A DNA stretch of 63,237 nt, the filler included, from Conidiobolus incongruus B7586 (lineage: Eukaryota): the NCBI GenBank assembly GCA_000697335.1. It is 42 parts of 42 records of this genome, joined end to end, with 100 filler letters (N's around TTAATTAATTAA, not from the genome) between each part and the next. Parts side by side here need not be neighbours in the genome. Positions count along the whole stretch, not along the records: positions 54,755 to 55,905 come from JNEM01000973.1; positions 56,006 to 58,135 come from JNEM01000974.1; positions 58,236 to 59,397 come from JNEM01000975.1; positions 59,498 to 60,559 come from JNEM01000976.1; positions 60,660 to 61,779 come from JNEM01000977.1; positions 61,880 to 63,237 come from JNEM01000978.1; 36 more parts are not named here. One strand, given 5' to 3'. Below, in pieces: positions 54,755 to 63,237 of the stretch. Each line of letters starts with the position of its first letter. Position 1 is the stretch's first letter. The notes under the pieces were generated by a model, which was not told the origin of the DNA, ran no database searches, and saw only the letters and a list, made by a program, of their open reading frames with translations. The translations under genes were made by a program, and so were the position numbers.

Positions 54755-55752
54755 AAATATAAAAAGAACTATAAAACTATATAAAAATATTAATTAATAT
54801 GAATATTACTATATATGATTTTTATTATAATAAATATTATTTATATTTTAAGAAAAAATAATTTTAATTTAAAAAATCTTATTATAAAATTAGATAGGAG
54901 TTTAAATATTACTACTAAAGTCAAAATAAAACTAATTAAAATAAGGTTATTTAATTTAATAAAATAAAAATATATTTTAATAGATTTAATAAAAAAGCTA
55001 GATAATTTTAAAAAAAATATTTTATAACTATTATGTTATTTTAACCAAAAATATAATATTGGGTTAATTATAGTTTAAGGATATAAATTATCTTCTAATG
55101 TAAGATATTTTTGTAAAGCTAATGGGGGAATTAATATTGAGATATATTAAAATATTTTAAATAATAAATTAAAAAAAAACTATCGAATAATATAAGTTAA
55201 GTAAATCATATGTTATTTTCTAACAAGATAATATATTTTGTTTTATTATTATTTTTATTACCAAATGGTTTAAAGTAATAAAATATTAGTTATAAACTGG
55301 TTTTTTTAATCTTTTAACTTTAATCTAATTATATACTTTTAGGATTAATTAAAAAAAATAGTTAATGCTTTCCTATCAATAAAAAATTTAAATAAGCTTA
55401 GAAAATATATTTAAAAAGCTTGTAATAAAATTAATCCTATTTATTATAAAAAGTTAGTTTACTTTATATTTTTTAATCTCAAAAAGGTTTAAAAAGCAAA
55501 AGATAAATATACTAAGTTTTAATTTTCCTTTTATAACCAAAATATATCAATTAATGACTTATTTTAGGTAAATTTTAAAATTTAATATATTAACTATAAG
55601 TTAATTTAAATAAATTAAATATATTTAATTATAAATAAATAATATAAGTTTATTATATATTTTTATTTAAATTAAATTAATTAAGAATTAATAGAGTTAT
55701 TAATAAAAATATATATAATCGTAATTTTAATATTTATTTTTATAGGACAATA
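54755..55752 (+). mobile_element. Degenerate Tc1 3' two-thirds with right IR/DR
   Basis: F*QDN; TKWFK; ends ATTTTTATAGGACAATA|TA. Confidence 0.9.
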
Positions 55753-56005
55753 TATATTACCAACAAATATTTTGATAGTTAAGCTATTTTTATAATATGA
55801 TTAGATATAAACATTATTTTTAATTTACTTATATATAGTAAAGCCTCACTAATTATTTATAGTTATTATTTTGATATTAATAAATTTTAATTTTTTAAAA
55901 AATAANNNNNNNNNNNNNNNNNNNNNNNNNNNNNNNNNNNNNNNNNNNNTTAATTAATTAANNNNNNNNNNNNNNNNNNNNNNNNNNNNNNNNNNNNNNN
56001 NNNNN

Positions 56006-57244
56006 TTCAAATATAAAAATATATACAAAATAAATAAGAAAATAAATAGTTTTGAATTATATATATAAATATAAAATAAATTTTTTGATTAAAAAATTTA
56101 TTTTTCCTAATTAGTTGTTTAATTTAATTATACTTAAATAATAACCATCAAAAGTCTTTTATTTTAATATCAGTATAACTTAACAACAAATATTTTAAAA
56201 TCATCTAAATACTACAAATAGCTATTGATAATAAAATAATATTTGATTTAATAATATATTGTTAATTTAATTATTTTAAAGATAGGAAAAAAACTACTCA
56301 AAACCTACCAAAATCCACAAAACTAATTTTATCTATCACTTTTATATTTATTGATATAGTATAATATTATATTAAAAAGAACCTTTTTATTTTAGCTAAA
56401 GGATTATCAAAATATTTTAATAATAGTCACCTAAGTACTTTATATATATTAAAGTATAAATTAGAATTAATTAATAAAAATACAAAATAGATAACTTATA
56501 ATTTAACTAAAGGTCAAAAAAAAGCTAAAAAAATTAATATTAAACAAAACTTAATAAGTTATAATAAGAAACCAAAGCTTTTCAATGAATTATTGCAATT
56601 AATAAGTCTTTGATTCATTTGTATAATCCTTTGCTAAATATAAATCTAAGTGTTAAATTAAGCCAAATCAACCGCTTATATAAATTCTTTTAAATAAATA
56701 TTTGTTGATAAGCGAATGTTAAATATTCTAATGGAATATAATAGCATATACTAATTTTAATTATTTTCTAAAGAAAAATCAATTAATTATAAACTTTATA
56801 TTTTTTAAATATCACTATTTTTAATTGGTATTCTTAAAAAAATTTGAAAAAACCTATTATTTTGAATAATAATTATAATATAAATAAATCTCAAGTTATA
56901 ATAAACTTTCTAATTAAAAACAAAAGGAAAAAACTATTATATTTAGTATTTTTTTAAGATTATAACCTATTTGATTATAATTTTTTTAGGTAATTAAAAA
57001 ACTAACTTGCAAGATCAAAAACTTTTTGAAGGAAAATTTAATTAGCCTGTAAAAAACCAAATTTTAGATTTTAATAAAAAGAATAATTTTTTAGGTGTTA
57101 GATTTTAATGAAAAATATTGCAAAAAGTAATTAGAAATAAAACAAATTATTAATTTTAAATCATATTTTTATTTTTACTATTTATATATTAAAATATATT
57201 ATTTCCAATCATAGAAAATTCCCATTATTTAAATTATAAAATAA
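56006..57244 (+). mobile_element. Degenerate mariner (DD34D)
   Basis: IIAINKSLI; 3' TIR AAAATTCCCATTATTTAAATTATAAAATAA|TA. Confidence 0.9.
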
Positions 57245-57261
57245 TAATATAATATTATTAT

Positions 57262-57981
57262 TTTATAATTTAACTAAAACTCAAAAAAACAAGAGTAAGT
57301 ATTACTTAATAAAATTTAATAAGTATAACTGGAAACCAAGATTTTTAGAGTGAATTATAATAATTGATGAGTTTTAGATTTCTTTATATAATTTTTTCGT
57401 AAATATATATACTAAAAAATTAGATTAACCAAAATCAACCAACTTTATAAATTGTTTTTAATAAATAGTTTATTGATAAAGATGTGTTAATTATAGCAAT
57501 AGATTATAATAGTATATGATGATATTATTTATTTCTAAAATAAAACTATTTGGAAATTTAAAATTTATAAAAATAATTTTTTGTTAGTTGATATTTTTAA
57601 CATAATTTGGGAAGTACTATTTTTTTGAATGATAATTGAAATATACCTAAAATTAAATTTGTAAAAAACTTCCTTATCAATAATAACTAGAAAAAACTGC
57701 TATATCCAATATAATCCCTTGAATATAAACCATTTGATTATAACTGTTTTGAATAATTATGAATTGTGCTTGCAATAATATTTCTCCAAGTAAATTTTAT
57801 TAATTTATAATTTATCAAATTTCAATTCTTAATTATAAGAACTGTTTTATAAGCGTTAGTTCTTTGCTAAACATTTGGTAAAAAATTTTTACAAAATAAA
57901 AAAATTATTATATTTTCATTATATATTAAGTTTTCAATATTATATATCAAAATGTTATTATTTTAAATTATAAAAAATTCT
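57262..57981 (+). mobile_element. Second, more divergent mariner (catalytic half)
   Basis: YNLTKTQKNKRV, IDEF*I, FLNDN*, LLYPI*SLEYKPFDYNCF; ends approximate. Confidence 0.85.
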
Positions 57982-58235
57982 TAACTTTTAATTTAAAGAT
58001 ATTTATTTTACTTAATAATATTAAGTTTTTGATATTTTATATATCAATACAGTATATAGAATATAATTAAATATATATAAAATATAAGCTGAAATTTCTT
58101 TATAATTAAATAATAACTTATTAAATTAATTAAAANNNNNNNNNNNNNNNNNNNNNNNNNNNNNNNNNNNNNNNNNNNNTTAATTAATTAANNNNNNNNN
58201 NNNNNNNNNNNNNNNNNNNNNNNNNNNNNNNNNNN

Positions 58236-59397
58236 TTAAAATAATATTTTTTTTATTTTAATTAATAATTAATTTTTTTTGGGGCTTTTAATTAATTAAA
58301 AAATATATCAAAAATTTTCAAAATAAAGCTTGATTTTAGATATATGAAAGGTAAAGTTAATCTTTAAAATTAAAGGTAATCTTATAATAATATTTTTAAA
58401 ATTTAAATAAATGGATTAAATTTTATAAGGACTATAATATAATGATAAGTAACTTAGATTTAAGCTAGATTTAAATAAGTTAGGTTTAAAGGTAGATTAT
58501 TATAAAAAATAAACATATTAGTTTTATATTTAAGATGATTTCTAAATAGCATTAATTATTATTATTTTATAATCTTTTAATTTTCTTCTAAGTTTAATTT
58601 AATAAGGCAATTAATATATTTTATATTAAATTAGAATTTAATAACATTTAAACATAAATTGATTTATAATTTTAAAATAGTTATTAAGTTGTTTATTATA
58701 ATTAATGTAATAAACGCTAAAATCTATTGATTTATTAATAAAAGTATCTTAATTTAACTAATTAATGTTAATATAAGCTTTAATCATTTGTTTAAGATTT
58801 TAATAATTTTTTCAATAGGTTTGTTAGTTTAATAATAATTAGTAATAAATATAGTTAGGTTAATCTTAAAAAAATGGATAATAATTTTTAAAATTAAAAG
58901 TTAAATTATATAACTTTATCTAATAAAATAATCTGTAAAATTTTATAATAGGAAAAGTTATTAAAGAATAATAATTATATAATATTTTTAAGTATAAAAG
59001 TTTTAAAATTAAGAATAAAATAAATATAATTAAAGAATAAATCAATAGGAATTAGTAAATTATCATAATTATTTGTTAACTTAAGAATGTTCATAAAATT
59101 AATTTGGATATATTATTAAGTTCTATTAAAGATTAATAAGGGAATAAGTTTATTATATTTCAATTAGGTATTATATTTAGTTTTTTAATATATATCACAG
59201 GTATTAATATATTTCTGAATTAATTTAATTAAAAAGAGTTAATAATATCATATTTTAATTCTCTTAATAATATTTAACTAATTTTAATATTTTTTAATAA
59301 TTAAAATATAATAATCATTTAATTTTGCTTGTTAAATCTTAAGAATATGAAGAATATATAGGTAATTATTATAATATAACAAGTTATTAATAATTAT
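58236..59397 (-). mobile_element. Ty3/Gypsy integrase fragment with GPY/F C-terminal module
   Basis: Homologous to 16705-17750; NTCDIY (CxxC remnant); SPYKI (GPYKI) and TFHISKIKLY. Confidence 0.85.
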
Positions 59398-60659
59398 NNN
59401 NNNNNNNNNNNNNNNNNNNNNNNNNNNNNNNNNNNNNNNNNTTAATTAATTAANNNNNNNNNNNNNNNNNNNNNNNNNNNNNNNNNNNNNNNNNNNNTAT
59501 TTTAAATTATATTTTATATTTTCATTATCAATAAAATAAAAATTAAATTATGATATAAAATAGTTTTTTCAAAATATAGAACTAGTGAGATAAAAAATAA
59601 ATTAAATTTCAAAATCATTTATTAATTATATTGAGAAATTAAAAATATATATATAGATATTACTTTGAGTTTATTTTTATCATTTTTATATTTTTTTACA
59701 TTTTTTTTTGACTAATTGATATTTTATCATATGATCAAAAATAGTAAACAAAATAGAAACTTTATTTTACTAAATATATTAATAAAATAATATTATCAAA
59801 TAGTAAGATAAGATTCGAATTATATTAAACCTTTTATATATGTTTGTGAATAAATTAGAACAATAATTTATATCTCTTCATATTTAGTATATATTATATC
59901 TTTTGCTATTAGTAAATAGTGAATAGAAATTTTATATAATGATATTTTATTTTGTGATAATAATCAATTAAATATTCAGTGAATTTTATGAAATAGATTG
60001 ATTATTAGTGTTTTTTAAAATTTTAAATATTAAAAACCAAATTTATTTTGTGCCAGACTATATAAATAATATAAACGTACAAAAATATAATACAAAATAA
60101 TCTATTTTTAATGTTATATTATCTTAATAATTTTATTTTCAAACTAAATTCTAAACCAAATTGTATTTAATTAATTAAAATTGTTTTAGTTAAGAAAAAC
60201 GTATTAATATTTGAAAGAAAATACCAAAGGTATTGAATCATTCTTTTGATATAATATTCAATTATCAGTTCATTTATATATTGAATTCATTTTATCCTAT
60301 GATTGATATTATCATTATTATTGATAAAAATTGATATAAAATATAAAATTAATTGAAGCTATTATCAAATCACAGATATAAAATATTAAATATATTTCAA
60401 TAAAATAAAATTTTATTGATATGATATATAACTTGATTTTTATATTAATATATTTAAATTATAATATATTTTTAATTAAAAAATTAAATTTTATTTCCTA
60501 AATATGTTAACTTTAATTGAACTTAGTCTTTATATTTCAAATTATTATTAGAAAATTGANNNNNNNNNNNNNNNNNNNNNNNNNNNNNNNNNNNNNNNNN
60601 NNNTTAATTAATTAANNNNNNNNNNNNNNNNNNNNNNNNNNNNNNNNNNNNNNNNNNNN

Positions 60660-61779
60660 TATTATAATATCATTAAAAAAAATCCCCTTATATTATTTTA
60701 ATGATGATAATAGTTTAATTACTAAGTAAATTTAAAACTTTATTTTTTAAGAGTTTATTAGTTTTTAAAAAACTTATATTAAATAACTTTTAGTTAAAGC
60801 AACATAAGTTAAAAAGTTTAAATATAATAAAATTGTTATTTTATTATTATTGTAAGTGAATAACAATAGTTAAGGGTAAAAGAAGTAGGTTTCTCAACAT
60901 CTTAAGAAATATATAATAATTAAATCCTTTAGTATTAAAGTGTTAACTAATAATAATAAGAAGTATATTAATAGTTAAGCAAAAAGTTTATTTGTATAAA
61001 AAGTAATATAAACTAAAGTTTTAGCTAGAGAGAAAAGTTTAAGTTTTTTTTTATAATTAAGTAAAATATATACACATAAGTATTTAAAATTAAGTAATAG
61101 TAAAGTTACTCAGATGTAAAAATTTGTAAAATGTTAATAAAACTTAATTTAGATAATTAAATCTTTAGTAATAAATTAAAGTAAGGAAAAATATCAATTA
61201 AGTAGCAATTATTATAATACTTACATTTATTAACATATTAAATTACCTTTTTAAAATTATTAATGATAAATTTAATATTTATGATAATTTTAAAAACTTT
61301 TACAAATTTAAAAACTATTTTAAAAAAATCAAAAATTAATTTAATATAATTTTAATAAAGTTTAAAAGAATATCTTTAATTAAACTATTTTTTTTAAAAA
61401 AAATTTGCTTATATTTAATAATTAATTTATTATAAGTTTAATGCTAAAATATTTTAAGAGGATAATTTAATATAAAAGTATAAACTTTTAAATAATTAGA
61501 AAAACCTTTAAAAAGAGGTATTACTTAAAAGATTAAGTTTAATTAATAAAAAAAACTTTTTTAACCTCAATAAAAAAAATCTATAAGGTAATTAATTAAA
61601 AAATTGAATGAGATATATTTAGATATATTAAACTTTATTAAAAAAAATTAATTTACAAGCTATTATAATATTTCAATCTTTAAGTAAAACTTTAGTTAGT
61701 AAAAAAAACTTTAATAATATGTTTTTTTTCTAATATTTATAATATAATAATTATAATTAATATTATTTTTTATTTTATA
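60660..61779 (+). mobile_element. LTR retrotransposon gag fragment interrupted by a solo LTR
   Basis: Colinear with 24936-25526 and the reverse complement of ~3790-4540, apart from a 375-bp insert. Confidence 0.7.
60851..61225. mobile_element. Putative solo LTR (375 bp)
   Basis: Begins TGTAAGT, ends ACTTACA (7-bp inverted termini); flanks ATTAT/TTTAT; absent from sister copies. Confidence 0.8.
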
Positions 61780-61879
61780 NNNNNNNNNNNNNNNNNNNNN
61801 NNNNNNNNNNNNNNNNNNNNNNNTTAATTAATTAANNNNNNNNNNNNNNNNNNNNNNNNNNNNNNNNNNNNNNNNNNNN

Positions 61880-63237
61880 TTATAATTTAAACAATTCTTA
61901 ATTAAATTAATTTAAATTAAAATATATAATTAAAGTATATTATCTGATTTTAATAGGTTATTTTTAATTATATTTAATATATTATTGGTTAATATATCAA
62001 GTCTTAAATTTTAAATAAGGTGAGTTATAAATTTATAGGTTTAAGAGTTAAAAAGGTATTTAAAACAAAAATTACTTAAATCCCTCTATAAAAAAATTTA
62101 ATTATATATTAATTAACTTTTTAAAAAAAAATTAACTTATAAGATTATTAGAATTATTAATGTTAGTTAATTTATTATAACTAAAGCTATTAAAATTTAT
62201 TATAAAGAAATATTTAAATTTAAACTTAAATGTGTTAAAATTATAAATAAACAAAATAAAAGGTATATTTTTAAGCTAGTTAATATAAGTAAATATATTA
62301 TTGTTATAGATATATAGAAAAAATTACAAGATTATATAAGAATATTAGTTAATACTAATACTATTATATATGCTTTATATTATAATAGATATTACTTATA
62401 TCTTAAAAAGAAACACCTTTAACTAAATAAATCTTATTATAAAATTAGATAAAAGTTTAAATATCACCAATAAAGTTAAACTAAAATTAATTAAAATAGA
62501 GTTATTTAATTTAATGAAATAAAAATATATTTTAGTAGATTTAATAAAAAAGCTAAATGTTTCAGAAAAAAAAAATTACTTTGTAACCATTATATTATTT
62601 TAACCCAAAAATATAATAATAGGTTAATTATAATTTAAGGATATATATTATCTTTTGGTGTAAAATATTTTTGTAAAATTAATAAGGGAATTAATATTGA
62701 AATATATTAAAATATATTAAACAATAAATTAAAAAAATTATTAAATAAAATAAATTAAATAAATCAGATATTATTTTTTAACAAGATAATACCCTTTGTT
62801 ATATTATCACTTTTATTACCAAATGGTTTAAAAATAATAAAGTAACAGTTATAAAGTAGCTTTTTCAATCATTTAACTTTAATATTATTGAATACTTTTG
62901 GGATTAATTAAAAAAATAGTTAAAGCTTTCCTATCAATAAAAAATTTAAATAAGCTTTAAGAATATATTTAAGAAGCTTAGAGCAAAATTAATCCTTCTT
63001 GATATAAGAAGTTAATTGACTCTATACTTTATAAACTTAAGGAAGTTAAGAAAACTAAAGATAGATATATTAAGTTTTAGTTTTCTTTATATAATCAAAA
63101 CATATAAATTTATAACTTATCTTAGATAAAATTTAAATTTTAATAAATCAACTAAAAGTTAAAATAATTAGATCAAATATATTGAATTATAAATAAATAA
63201 TATAAGCTTATTATATGTTTTAATTTAAATTAATTTA
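61880..63237 (+). mobile_element. Degenerate Tc1 (DD34E) with a deletion over the start codon
   Basis: QDNTLCY, TKWFK, IEYFWD; both inner direct repeats present. Confidence 0.92.

Noticed and set aside
1..63237. A transposon cluster, tandem array or chromosome-like units of 1-2 kb
   Set aside because: Contigs are artificially concatenated; size and order reflect assembly binning; no telomeric repeats at the ends.
1..63237. Organellar or endosymbiont genome suggested by the extreme AT content
   Set aside because: No rRNA or housekeeping genes; content is nuclear-type eukaryotic transposons.

Overview
This window is not one locus. It is 42 short, unlinked contigs (about 1.0-2.1 kb each) joined by 41 identical artificial 100-bp spacers (N44-TTAATTAATTAA-N44), so adjacency across spacers has no biological meaning. 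The DNA is extremely AT-rich (roughly 10-15% GC by eye) and appears eukaryotic; I cannot name the host. About 35 contigs are dead transposons whose reading frames were destroyed mainly by C>T/G>A transitions, with CpA/TpG>TpA prominent and CpG nearly absent, which resembles fungal repeat-induced point mutation (RIP). Comparing copies and reversing the transitions by eye identifies three families. (A) A ~1.6-kb Tc1 DD34E element with ~210-bp IR/DR ends, ~16 copies or fragments in 3 subfamilies. (B) A ~1.3-kb mariner DD34D element with ~30-bp TIRs, ~19 copies or fragments. (C) Ty3/Gypsy gag-protease and RT-RNaseH-integrase pieces, plus two solo LTRs. Many elements are nested with readable target-site duplications. 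The non-repeat contigs hold a small secreted Cys-rich gene with two in-frame TAA/TAG codons, a degenerate tRNA-Glu(TTC) and an unexplained GC-richer island. No intact protein-coding gene was found. Ancestral protein motifs quoted below are manual reconstructions, not database results.
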